Shown one piece after another: positions 36,964 through 45,683 of a stretch of DNA of 64,000 bases. Made by a program: the position numbers and the translations under genes. Below the pieces are notes generated by a model. It made no database searches, was not told where the DNA came from, and saw nothing but the letters and a program-made list of their open reading frames with translations. Position 1 is the stretch's first letter. Each line of letters opens with the position of its first letter. The DNA is from Acidimicrobiales bacterium (GTDB lineage: Bacteria; Actinomycetota; Acidimicrobiia; Acidimicrobiales; SZUA-35), in NCBI GenBank assembly GCA_041394285.1, contig JAWKIL010000003.1, positions 186,441 to 250,440 on the forward strand, given 5' to 3'.

Positions 36964-37069
36964 GTCCTGCTCTTCGCGCTCAGTAGCTTTCGAGACAAGG
37001 TCTGATTTCTTGCGAACGGCGTCTTTCGAGACGCTGGCGGCGGAGCCGGGAGAGGGCGACGATCGGGTC

Positions 37070-37279
37070 ATGACACCGCCCAACGTGTACCTGGCCAGCC
37101 TGCTGGTCGAAGCCCGGCAGCGCGATCTCGGGGAACTCGGGGTGAAGGCCCCGTGGGGGAGGCGCCGGCGTTCAGGCCGGACGCCCGCCGACGCTCAGCG
37201 AGGTGGTGGTGGCGACGTGGCCCGGTCGTCGCCGTCGTCGTCGGGACGGTGGCTGGCGCCGAGCTTCTCCTGCCGGTGA
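37070..37279 (+). CDS. small hypothetical protein (69 aa)
   Basis: ATG 37070 with high GC3. It starts MTPPNVYLASLLVEARQRDLGE and has a basic tail. No family was recognised. The call is weak. Confidence 0.3.
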   Translation: MTPPNVYLASLLVEARQRDLGELGVKAPWGRRRRSGRTPADAQRGGGGDVARSSPSSSGRWLAPSFSCR

Positions 37280-37332
37280 TATCGACCCGGCGATGATCTA
37301 GCGTCGGTGGCGGGGGCGGGCAGGATGGTGCG

Positions 37333-37869
37333 ATGGGTCGGATCGGGAAGCAGTCGAAGCGTCGTGGATCGCTGAGGTCGGTGGGTAGCGGTATCGGCCG
37401 GGCGCCGGTTGCCCCGAGCACCGGGGTGACCGGTTCCACTGCCGTCACCGGCAGTGCCGGCGTCGCCTCCAGTGCCGCCGTGGCCGGCAGCGCCCTCGTG
37501 GCGGGGAGCGTCGCCACCGCCGGCAGCGCCATGGTGGCCGGCAGCGCAGCCACTGCGGGCAGTGCGGTGGTGGCGGGCAGTGCGGCGACGGCGGGCAGCG
37601 CCGTGGTGGCCGGTAGCGCGGCGACGGCGGGCAGTGCGGTGGTGGCGGGAAGCGTGGCCACAGCGGCCAGCGTCGGCGTGTTCGGTAGCGCCCTCACCTT
37701 CTTCGGAGCGGGCATCACCCGGTGCGTGGCCACGTTGGCCTGCGTACGTTGCCGGGGGTGTGTGGGCTGTGTGGGGTGCGTCGACTGCGTCGGTTGTATC
37801 GGCTGTGTGGGGTGCGTCGGCCTGCGGGGGGCGGTAGGCCAGCGGTACGTAGGGGCCGCAAGGCGATGA
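37333..37869 (+). CDS. low-complexity repeat protein: (AGSAxV)n tract followed by nine C-x-x repeats
   Basis: ATG 37333 has AGGA upstream. The 15/30-nt tandem DNA periodicity spans 37436..37680 and the TG(C/T)-N6 periodicity spans 37723..37821. The strand was chosen because wobble T exceeds wobble A and codon position 1 is G-rich. The antisense frame shares the same wobble position. Confidence 0.4.
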   Translation: MGRIGKQSKRRGSLRSVGSGIGRAPVAPSTGVTGSTAVTGSAGVASSAAVAGSALVAGSVATAGSAMVAGSAATAGSAVVAGSAATAGSAVVAGSAATAGSAVVAGSVATAASVGVFGSALTFFGAGITRCVATLACVRCRGCVGCVGCVDCVGCIGCVGCVGLRGAVGQRYVGAARR

Positions 37870-37929
37870 TCGTGCGCCGTTCCGCTACGCCTCCCCGTTC
37901 GACCAGCTCGGCTGAGGGGCGACCCTGAC

Positions 37930-37967
37930 CCCGACCCTGAGGCCGGGCCCCGAGGATCAGGGTCGGG
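37930..37967 (+). terminator. hairpin downstream of the repeat ORF
   Basis: 11-bp stem CCCGACCCTGA / TCAGGGTCGGG with a 16-nt loop. There is no T-tract. Confidence 0.35.
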
Positions 37968-38018
37968 TCCGGGCGACGCCCGATACCGCGCCGCGGCCGC
38001 TGGGCGGATGATGAGGTC

Positions 38019-38381
38019 ATGAACGACACCATCTCGACCTCGAACCCCGACACCACGACGACCAATCCCGTCCCTCCCGCCGCCGGCCATCTCCCGCCGC
38101 CCCCACCGGCCCCGGCCGGCCCTCGTCCTCTGCTCCGGGACCCGAACACCCGCCTGGGTGGGGTGGCCTCCGGCGTCGCCCACTACCTGGGTCTCGACGT
38201 TTCCCTCGTGCGGCTCCTGTTCGTGGTCTTCACGCTGATGGCCGGCTGGGGTGCCCTGGCCTACCTGGCGGCGTGGATCATTCTGCCGAAGGCCGAGACC
38301 TGGCCGCCGGTGTGGCCGCCCGTGCCGCCTGCTCCGCCGGCGCCGGTGCCTGCCCCCACGGAGGATCGGGCCGGAGCCTGA
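38019..38381 (+). CDS. PspC domain-containing membrane protein
   Basis: LGGVASGVAHYLGLDVSLVRLLFVVFTLMAGWGALAYLAAWIILP is a canonical PspC domain. It is flanked by Pro-rich segments. Confidence 0.7.
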   Translation: MNDTISTSNPDTTTTNPVPPAAGHLPPPPPAPAGPRPLLRDPNTRLGGVASGVAHYLGLDVSLVRLLFVVFTLMAGWGALAYLAAWIILPKAETWPPVWPPVPPAPPAPVPAPTEDRAGA

Positions 38382-38529
38382 GGCCACCGCCATGCCCCGG
38401 TCGCAAGGCCGCCAGGTCACCCGGGCCACCGCCGCCGCTGGCGGTGGCTGGCCGCCCTACGCAACAATCGGGGAAGTGTCCGCATGCGCCCGGGGGGACC
38501 GGCCGGCCGGCACGGCAAGGAGACAGGTC

Positions 38530-40377
38530 ATGAGCTCGCCAGCAGTCCCGGCCGTTCGGGTCGATCCCGCCACCGGTCACAAGCTGTTCAACACCAGGGC
38601 GGCCAAGGCGTCGCCCCGGATCGCCGGGAAAGGCTACGACGTCCTGGACGACCCCGAGCTGGTGGCCATGCCCGAGGCCAAGCGGGAGATCACGTTCGAC
38701 GCCGAGGCCCAGGCCCACCAGCGGGAGTTCATCGAGGCTCGCCGGGGCGTCGACGACTACATGAAGATGGAGGGCTCGTTCGCCCGCTATCTCGAGGATC
38801 ACTACTCCTCCGAGCCGGTCGAGCGGGAAGCGCTGACCGACGAATGCGACGTGGTGGTGGTGGGTGCCGGCTTCTCCGGGCTCCTGCTGTGGTACAAGCT
38901 GTCGAAGGCCGGCTTCACCGACATCCGGTTCTGTGAGCGGGGCGGAGACGTCGGTGGCACCTGGTACTGGAACCGCTATCCCGGTGTGGCCTGCGACGTC
39001 GAGTCGTACGCCTACATGCCGCTGCTCGACGAGACCGGCTACTTCCCGACCCAGAAGTACGCCTCGGGATTCGAGATCTTCGAGTACTGCCAGCTGATCG
39101 CCGAGCGGTTCGGTTTCTACGACCACTGCCTGTTCCACACCGAGGTGACCGGGATCAGCTGGAGTGACGCCGACCAGCGGTGGACCGTCCGCTCGGAGCG
39201 GGGCGACGCCATGCGGGCCCGGTTCGTGATCCTGGCCAACGGCATCCTCACCACCCCCCGTCTGGCCCGGATCGAGGGCATGGAGCGCTTCGCCGGCGAG
39301 TCGTTCCACACCTCCCGGTGGGACTACAACGTCGACCTGGACGGCAAGCGGATCGGGATCATCGGCACCGGCGCCACCGCCGTGCAGGCCATCCCCGAGC
39401 TGGCCAAGGTGGCCGGCCATCTCTACGTCTTCCAGCGCACGCCGTCGACGATCGAGGTGCGCGACCAGCGGAGCACCACGCCGGAGCAGATCGAGCGGTG
39501 GAGCCAGCAACCGGGATGGGCCCTGGCCCGGCGGGCCAGGGTGGCCGAGATCCTCGACGGCAGGGGGCGCCAGCCGACGGCCGAACAGGAGGCTGCCCGC
39601 CGGAACCGACCCAAGCTCAGCCGGGAGGAGCGGACGAAGAAGCAGCTCGACAAGGGCTACCAGATCATGCAGCAGATCAGGGACCGGATCGACAGGGTCG
39701 TGGAGGACCCCAAGACCGCCGCCGCCCTCAAGCCGTATTACGCCTACGCCTGCAAGCGCCCGACCTTCCACGACGAGTACCTGCCCACGTTCAATCGGCC
39801 CAACGTCACCCTGGTCGACGTTGCTCCCATCGGCGTCCAGCTGATCAACGACCGGGGGGTCGTGCACGACGGGGAGCAGTACGACCTCGACGTGTTGATC
39901 TACGCCACCGGGTTCGACTTCATGTCACGGGAGAACGTCGCCCGGGTCACCGGCAGCGACGGGCGCTCCATCGCCGACAAGTGGAGCGATCAGGGCACCC
40001 GAACCTTCCTCGGACTGCACACCGCCGGCTTCCCCAACCTGTTGATCATCTCCGGCCCCCAGGCCGGCGGTGGCAAGTTCAACTTCATCGAGACCATCGA
40101 GCAGCAGACCGACTACGTGCTCTGGCTCCTGTCCACCATGCGCGACAACGGGCACCACGCCGTCGATGTACGCGAGGAGGACGAGGCCGCCTGGGCCGAG
40201 CACTGCGCCGAAGCCGACATCGCCACCGCCCCGCTGCGGGATTGTGTGGGCAACTTCAACGGCTACGGTCGCACTGCGCCGGGCTCGCTTGCCTACTACG
40301 GCGGGCGGGAGGCCGAGCGGCGCCAGGCCTGGGCCCAGGAGACCCTGGAGCCCTACATCTTCACCAAGGCGCCGTAG
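38530..40377 (+). CDS. Baeyer-Villiger-type flavin monooxygenase
   Basis: AAGGAGA lies upstream of ATG 38530. Motifs: GAGFSG (FAD), the BVMO fingerprint [11 protein letters not shown], and GTGATA (NADP). Confidence 0.75.
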   Translation: MSSPAVPAVRVDPATGHKLFNTRAAKASPRIAGKGYDVLDDPELVAMPEAKREITFDAEAQAHQREFIEARRGVDDYMKMEGSFARYLEDHYSSEPVEREALTDECDVVVVGAGFSGLLLWYKLSKAGFTDIRFCERGGDVGGTWYWNRYPGVACDVESYAYMPLLDETGYFPTQKYASGFEIFEYCQLIAERFGFYDHCLFHTEVTGISWSDADQRWTVRSERGDAMRARFVILANGILTTPRLARIEGMERFAGESFHTSRWDYNVDLDGKRIGIIGTGATAVQAIPELAKVAGHLYVFQRTPSTIEVRDQRSTTPEQIERWSQQPGWALARRARVAEILDGRGRQPTAEQEAARRNRPKLSREERTKKQLDKGYQIMQQIRDRIDRVVEDPKTAAALKPYYAYACKRPTFHDEYLPTFNRPNVTLVDVAPIGVQLINDRGVVHDGEQYDLDVLIYATGFDFMSRENVARVTGSDGRSIADKWSDQGTRTFLGLHTAGFPNLLIISGPQAGGGKFNFIETIEQQTDYVLWLLSTMRDNGHHAVDVREEDEAAWAEHCAEADIATAPLRDCVGNFNGYGRTAPGSLAYYGGREAERRQAWAQETLEPYIFTKAP

Positions 40378-40574
40378 CCCGGACGGATCGTCGCCCGAGC
40401 GACGCGCCCGAGAGCGACGTGCCCCGAACGCTCTGTCGGCGATGGAGGCTCATTGCGGTCGACCGAGGGGGCGTCGGCGAAGCTCACCGGCACGGTGGTG
40501 GGGCCGCCACCGGCGCTGGCCACTGCTGAGGTGGAAGCTGCCACCGTTCCGCATGCCTGGCTGCCACGGCCACG

Positions 40575-40617
40575 TGTACAAGACAGTACTTGTACAAGTT
40601 AAGACTTGTGATACGCT
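40575..40617 (+). promoter_or_regulatory. AT-richer operator/promoter: TGTACAAG half-sites, the perfect palindrome ACTTGTACAAGT, and a TACGCT -10-like box 7 nt before the ATG
   Basis: ACTTGTACAAGT (40588..40599) is its own reverse complement. TGTACAAG lies at 40575..40582 and ACTTGTGA at 40604..40611. TACGCT lies at 40612..40617, directly upstream of ATG 40625, which suggests a leaderless transcript. Confidence 0.4.
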
Positions 40618-40624
40618 GACCGCC

Positions 40625-41209
40625 ATGACACAGCCCGACCTCCTCGACCTCTACGACCGGACGCTGCAACACACGTCACGAGTGGTGGCCAACATCGCGC
40701 CCGAGCTTCGCACCGGGCCGACACCGTGCTCCGACTGGACGGTGGACAACCTGCTCGGACACATGGCCGGCACCTTGCTCGCCAGCGTTGCGTTCCTCGA
40801 CGGGACGCCCCCGGACGTGGCGGCGATGGCCGGTCAGCCGCTGGCCGACGAGGACCACGCCGGCGTGTTCAACGCGGCCGCAGCGGCATCGCTCGCTGCC
40901 CACCGGGCGCCCGGGGCGCTGGCGAAAGAGATCGACGCTCCCCCCGGGCGGATGCCAGCTGGCATGTTCTTGAACTTCCCACTGATGGACATGTGGGTTC
41001 ACAGCTGGGACCTCGCTCGCGCCACCACGCAACAACCCGACTTCGACGAGGAGATCACCACCTACGTGCTCGGGTTCTGCCGGCAGGCGTTCGGCACCAA
41101 CCGGCCGCCGGCTCAGGTGATCGGACCCGAGATCGACGTCGATCCATCCCGGCCGTCGATCGAGCGTCTGGTCGGCTTCCTCGGCCGTCGGCCAACATGG
41201 CACGCGTGA
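40625..41209 (+). CDS. TIGR03086-like / maleylpyruvate-isomerase-type metal-binding (DinB superfamily) protein
   Basis: PCSDWTVDNLLGHM, plus length and C-terminal pattern. This is the real 3-prime part of a 379-aa track ORF. Confidence 0.6.
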   Translation: MTQPDLLDLYDRTLQHTSRVVANIAPELRTGPTPCSDWTVDNLLGHMAGTLLASVAFLDGTPPDVAAMAGQPLADEDHAGVFNAAAAASLAAHRAPGALAKEIDAPPGRMPAGMFLNFPLMDMWVHSWDLARATTQQPDFDEEITTYVLGFCRQAFGTNRPPAQVIGPEIDVDPSRPSIERLVGFLGRRPTWHA

Positions 41210-41246
41210 CCTCAACCGTGATGCAGGTGTCCGTGCGAGCGCCGGC

Positions 41247-41564
41247 GTGAACGCGGCTGCCGCCGATGACGTCTTCAAGGCGCTGGCCGAACCCAAACGG
41301 CGAGAGATGCTCCGGCTGCTGCGAACCGACGCGATGTCAGTGAACGAGATCGCCAGCAGATTCGACATCACCCAACAAGCCGTGTCGCTCCACCTCAAGG
41401 TCCTCCACGGTGCCGGCCTGGTCTCCGAGCGCCGCGACGGCACGCGACGGCTCTACCTGGTACGCCCCGAGGGGCTCCACAGCGTGAACCAGTTCGTCGA
41501 CGAGCTCTGGCCAGCCGCGCTTCGCCGCCTCAAACATGCCGTGGAATCCGACCGTGACGCTTGA
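41247..41564 (+). CDS. ArsR/SmtB-family transcriptional regulator
   Basis: FKALAEPKRREMLRLL ... SVNEIASRFDITQQAVSLHLKVLHGAGLV. Confidence 0.85.
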   Translation: MNAAAADDVFKALAEPKRREMLRLLRTDAMSVNEIASRFDITQQAVSLHLKVLHGAGLVSERRDGTRRLYLVRPEGLHSVNQFVDELWPAALRRLKHAVESDRDA

Positions 41565-42012
41565 GCCGACGCGCACCGTGCGCCATACGATCACGATCGA
41601 GGCGTCGCCCGCCGAAGTGTTCCCCTATCTCACCGACCCGATCCTGATGACCCGATGGATGGGCGACTACGCGGTCCTCGACGCCGTGCCGGGCGGCACG
41701 TTTCTCGTCGACATCAACGGCGTACCGGTCCGCGGTACCTACCTCGAAGTTCAACCACCCCATCGGGTCGTCGTGAGTTGGGGAATGGCGGGAAGCACCG
41801 AACTCCCTCCCGGTGCGAGCACCGTCGAGTTCGTTCTCACCCAACACGGCACCACCACCGACGTCGCTGTTACCCACAGCGGACTCCCACCTGAGATAGC
41901 GGCGCAACACCATCTCGGATGGCAACATTTCGGCGGCCGCATCGCCCTCGCAGCCACCGGCCGCGACCCAGGCCCTGACCCATGGGCGACCGAATCGGCA
42001 CGGCCGACATGA
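41536..42012 (+). CDS. SRPBCC/AHSA1-domain protein
   Basis: ASPAEVFPYLTDPILMTRWMG ... YLEVQPPHRVVVSW. This is the usual partner gene of ArsR regulators. The start is uncertain because it overlaps arsR by 29 nt. Confidence 0.7.
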   Translation: MPWNPTVTLEPTRTVRHTITIEASPAEVFPYLTDPILMTRWMGDYAVLDAVPGGTFLVDINGVPVRGTYLEVQPPHRVVVSWGMAGSTELPPGASTVEFVLTQHGTTTDVAVTHSGLPPEIAAQHHLGWQHFGGRIALAATGRDPGPDPWATESARPT

Positions 42013-42317
42013 CCAACCAGGACCTCTACGACCGGATCACCGAACACTGGCTCGAGCGGCCCGGCATCACCACCAAGAAGATGTTCGCGTCCATCGGCCT
42101 CGCCGCGGCGAACGGGAAGGTCTTCGCGATGCTGTGTCGGGACGAACTCGTCGTCAAGATCCCTGCCCACCGGGTGGACCAACTCGAAGCCGCCGGGACC
42201 GGTTCGCGTTTCCACTCCGGTCCCAATCGACCCATGCGCGAATGGGCGACCGTCGCCGCTCCCGATCCGGCGACGTGGCAGGCGCTCGTCACCGAAGCCT
42301 ATGACTTAGTCAGCTAG
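42009..42317 (+). CDS. TfoX N-terminal domain-like protein
   Basis: ATG 42009 overlaps the upstream stop (ATGA). KKMFASIGLAAANGKVFAMLCRDELVVKIP matches the TfoX_N pattern. Confidence 0.55.
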   Translation: MTNQDLYDRITEHWLERPGITTKKMFASIGLAAANGKVFAMLCRDELVVKIPAHRVDQLEAAGTGSRFHSGPNRPMREWATVAAPDPATWQALVTEAYDLVS

Positions 42318-42368
42318 CTTCGCCGGCGGCGGAGACTCGATCCGGCTCCGGACGGTTCCTTCGCTTCG

Positions 42369-42998
42369 GTGGGTTGGAGCGAGGGCGGTACCGTGGCGGC
42401 GGTGGAGCGTGAGACTGCCCGCCTGAGCCTGCGCCCTGTCGGCCCCGACGATCTCGACGGGTTGTGCCGTCTGAACGCCGACCCCGAGGTCATGCGGTTC
42501 ATTCTCGACGGCTCGACGCTGGACCGAGAGCAGACCGCCGCCCGGCTTGTGGCCATGCGAGAGCACTGGCAGGAGCACGGATACGGAATCTTCGGCCTGT
42601 GGTGGCGCTCGACCGACGAGTTCGTCGGATGGGCCGGCGTGGCCACCCCGACGTTCCTACCGGAGGTCATGCCGGCGGTCGAGATCGGCTGGCGGCTTCT
42701 CCAACAATGGTGGGGTCGCGGCGTGGCCACCGAGGCCGCCCGTGACGTGCTCGGCTTCGCCTTCGACGACATCGGCCTCGACCGGCTGGTGAGCATCCGC
42801 CACGTGGACAACGACGCCTCGGGCCGCGTCATGGCGAAGCTCGGCTTCCAGCCCTTTCTGCAAACCGTGGTTCCCCTCTACAACCAGCCGGTGACGGTCT
42901 CTCGCCTGACCGCCGAGGAGTACCGCTCCGGCCCGCACTCGCGTCATCGGCGCAGGCGAGAAACGCGCGATGGAGGTGGATCGGCCCACCTCCGGTAG
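42369..42998 (+). CDS. GNAT-family N-acetyltransferase (RimJ/RimL-like)
   Basis: ETARLSLRPV...; acetyl-CoA motif WWGRGVATEAARDVLGFAF. The start is uncertain. Confidence 0.7.
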   Translation: MGWSEGGTVAAVERETARLSLRPVGPDDLDGLCRLNADPEVMRFILDGSTLDREQTAARLVAMREHWQEHGYGIFGLWWRSTDEFVGWAGVATPTFLPEVMPAVEIGWRLLQQWWGRGVATEAARDVLGFAFDDIGLDRLVSIRHVDNDASGRVMAKLGFQPFLQTVVPLYNQPVTVSRLTAEEYRSGPHSRHRRRRETRDGGGSAHLR

Positions 42999-43006
42999 CC
43001 GTCGGG

Positions 43007-44272
43007 TCAGCCCCGCTGGGTGCCGACCTTCAGCTCCCGCCAGGGGATCTCGCGGGACACGTCGGGTTCTTTGGGCAGGCCGAGGACGCGTTCGCCGATG
43101 ATGTTCTTGTTGATCTCGTCGGTGCCCCCGGCGATCGAGCTCGACGGGGTGAACAAGCCGTACTTCTGCATCACACCCCGCAGCGGCGCATCGTCGCCCA
43201 TGAGCTGCCCGTACGGCCCCTGGATCTGCCACGCCAGGTCCCGCATCTGGCGGGCGATCTCCGATCCCATCAGCTTGCCGGTGGACGACTCGGGCCCGGG
43301 CTGACCGCCGGCGGCCAGCGCCGCCTTGCTCCGCAGGCCGTTGTAGCGATGCAGCTCGCGCAGGATGTGGACCCGCATGAGCGCCTGGCGGAGCACGGGG
43401 TCGTTCGTGGCCCCGAACGTTCGGGCCTGCTCCATCAGATGGCGGAACACCCCGCCGCCCATGGCCAGCGCCATCCCGTCGTCGGCCACCCGGGCCTGTT
43501 CCTCGGCCACGATCTCGGCAATCGTGGCGTCCAGTTGGGGTCGGCCCACGAACGATCCGCCGCCGCCCATGGCTGCGTTCTCCGAGTCGCGCTCGTTCAT
43601 CAGGGTGGTCATCGTCACGCGCCAACCCTCACCGAGGTCACCCAGCAGGTTCTCCGCCGGGATCCTGGCCTCGGACAGGAACACCTCGTTGAACGTCTCG
43701 TCACCGCTCATCTCCTTGAGCGGGCGGACCTCCACCCCGGGTTGGCGCATGTCGATGAGGAAGTAGCTGAGTCCCTTGTGCTTCGGCTGGTCGGGATCGG
43801 TGCGGGCCACCAGGATGGCCCAGTCGGCGAACTGGGCCCCGGTGTTCCACACCTTCTGGCCCGTTACCACCCACTCGTCGCCGTCCCGTTCGGCCCGGGT
43901 GGCGAGCCCGGCCAGATCCGACCCCGCCCCCGGCTCGCTGAACAACTGGCACCACACGTCCCGCCCGGTCACGATGCCGGGCATGAACCGGGACTTCTGG
44001 TCATCGGTACCGCAGGCCAGGATCGTGGGCGCAGCCAGGAACGTGCTCACCCCGCTCGGCGGACCGTAGACGCCGGCGGCCCGCAGCTCGGCCCGCACCA
44101 CCTTGGCTTCGTCGCTCGACAGGCCCCGGCCGAACCACTGACGGGGCCAGGTGGGGAAACCCCAGCCGCCGTCGGCCAGCCGCTGCCACCAGTCGCCGAG
44201 CGTGAGCTGGTCGCTCCAATTGTCGGCCAGCCAGGCCCTCACCTCGTCCTGCAGCGCACTCGCATCAGCCAT
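43007..44272 (-). CDS. acyl-CoA dehydrogenase family protein
   Basis: Start ATG 44272. CQLFSEPGAGSDLAGL, GQKVWNTGA, and a C-terminal catalytic-region pattern. Confidence 0.75.
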   Translation of the reverse strand: MADASALQDEVRAWLADNWSDQLTLGDWWQRLADGGWGFPTWPRQWFGRGLSSDEAKVVRAELRAAGVYGPPSGVSTFLAAPTILACGTDDQKSRFMPGIVTGRDVWCQLFSEPGAGSDLAGLATRAERDGDEWVVTGQKVWNTGAQFADWAILVARTDPDQPKHKGLSYFLIDMRQPGVEVRPLKEMSGDETFNEVFLSEARIPAENLLGDLGEGWRVTMTTLMNERDSENAAMGGGGSFVGRPQLDATIAEIVAEEQARVADDGMALAMGGGVFRHLMEQARTFGATNDPVLRQALMRVHILRELHRYNGLRSKAALAAGGQPGPESSTGKLMGSEIARQMRDLAWQIQGPYGQLMGDDAPLRGVMQKYGLFTPSSSIAGGTDEINKNIIGERVLGLPKEPDVSREIPWRELKVGTQRG

Positions 44273-44334
44273 GGCCGGATTGTGGCACAGCCCCCGGAGG
44301 CGGCCCCAGCTCCCGCATGCCACAATCGCCGGTC

Positions 44335-45312
44335 ATGCACCTGTCCTGCGCCTTTCCTCCGATGCCCGACACGCCGGCCCACATCGAGTTGGCCGAACAG
44401 CTCGGCTACCACCGGGCCTGGGTGTTCGACACGCCGGCCCTCCAGCTCGACGTGTGGATGACGTTGGCCCTGGCCGCCACCCGCACCTCCCGCATCGGGC
44501 TCGGCCCCGGGGTGCTGATCCCCAGCCTGCGCCACCCGATGGTGACAGCCTCCGCCATCGCCCACCTGGTGGAGCTGGCGCCGGGGCGGGTGGAGGTCGG
44601 CGTGGGCGCCGGCTTCACCGGCCGCAACGCCATGGGCCAGCGGGGTCTCAAGTGGGCCCACGTGGAGGCCTACGTCCGCACGGTCCAGGCGTTGCTGGCG
44701 GGCGAGGTGACCGAGGTCGACGGTGCAGCGGTACAGATGCTCCACTGGCCGGGCCAGGCCCCGGCCCGACCCATCGACGTGCCCTGGCGGCTGGCCGTGA
44801 TCGGTCCCAAGGGGATGGCTGCCGCCCAGCGGCTGGGAGCGTCGATCTTCACCAGCCGCCCGTCGGCCGGCTCCAACTACGAGGGCTACCCCGGGGTGAC
44901 TGCGATGGTCAGCGGCGCCGTGCTCGACCCGGGGGAGCCCATCGACTCGCCCCGCATGTTGGCCACCGCCGGGCCCGGCGTCGCCATTCTCTACCACCTG
45001 GCCCACGAGCGGCGGGACGGATCCGTGACCCAGATGCCCAACGGGGAGCGGTTCGCCGAGCTGGTGGCGGCCGAGCCGGAGGGCCAGCGCCATCTCGCGG
45101 TGCACCGGGGCCATCTGTCGCAGCTCAACGACATCGACCGCCAGATCCTCGGCCCGGAGATGCTCGCCCGGTCGGCCCTGGCCCACCCGGCACCCGAGGT
45201 GCCGGCCTGGCTCGACTCCTACGCCGCCATGGGCGTCACCGAGCTGGCCTACGAGCCGATGGGAGACATCCCCGAAGCGCTGACCCGCCTGGCCCGGGCC
45301 GCCGGTCTCTGA
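44335..45312 (+). CDS. LLM-class (luciferase-like) flavin/F420-dependent oxidoreductase
   Basis: AEQLGYHRAWVFDTP ... GLGPGVLIP ... VGVGAGF pattern. Start ATG 44335 or 44317. Confidence 0.65.
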   Translation: MHLSCAFPPMPDTPAHIELAEQLGYHRAWVFDTPALQLDVWMTLALAATRTSRIGLGPGVLIPSLRHPMVTASAIAHLVELAPGRVEVGVGAGFTGRNAMGQRGLKWAHVEAYVRTVQALLAGEVTEVDGAAVQMLHWPGQAPARPIDVPWRLAVIGPKGMAAAQRLGASIFTSRPSAGSNYEGYPGVTAMVSGAVLDPGEPIDSPRMLATAGPGVAILYHLAHERRDGSVTQMPNGERFAELVAAEPEGQRHLAVHRGHLSQLNDIDRQILGPEMLARSALAHPAPEVPAWLDSYAAMGVTELAYEPMGDIPEALTRLARAAGL

Positions 45313-45329
45313 CGTCGTCGGGAGACCGG
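45302..45329 (+). terminator. hairpin overlapping the LLM stop codon
   Basis: 8-bp stem CCGGTCTC / GAGACCGG with a 12-nt loop. There is no T-tract. Confidence 0.3.
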
Positions 45330-45351
45330 GCCCCGGACCCGATCGACCGTT

Positions 45352-45440
45352 CGGAAAATTCTTCTGCGTCGCGAAACCCCTGCCGGCCGGCGTTCTGCGT
45401 CGCGCGCTCGACGGATCCGCCTGGTTTCGCGCCATCGGAT
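45352..45440. repeat. copy of the dispersed intergenic element
   Basis: GGAAAATTCTTCTGCGTCGCGAAA, then TTCTGCGTCGCG (45393), CGGATCCG and TTTCGCGCC (45425..45433). It is collinear with 35821..35921. Confidence 0.6.
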
Positions 45441-45683
45441 CGAGGTCGTCGCCGGCAGATCGCGTCGTCGGTTGGATGGGAGCGGCCCGCTCCCAGCCGT
45501 CCCCGACGTCGGGCTGTCACCGCCGACGTCTACGGTGGTCTCCATCAGCCGACGCCGCTGCCGGGTCCTCCGGCCACGAGGCGATCGGCTGCCTTCCCCC
45601 AGATGATCGAAACGCCCGGCGGCCGGCTTCAGCTGGTCCACGGGCGGAGCCGGGCCCGGCCCGGCCGGTGACGGGAGGCAGCC

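Noticed and set aside
37436-37821. Tandem repeats considered as a possible CRISPR array or other repeat-spacer structure.
   Set aside because: The repeats are contiguous 15/30-nt and 9-nt units with no unique spacers, no cas genes are nearby, and periodicity is a multiple of three. Coding or minisatellite explanations fit better.
37068-38429. Minus-strand 453-aa ORF covering the repeat region and the PspC gene.
   Set aside because: It has no convincing start or signal sequence. It runs antisense through PspC and the divergent promoter. In the repeat it shares the wobble position with the plus ORF but would need many A-ending rare codons. It is kept only as the alternative strand hypothesis in the finding.
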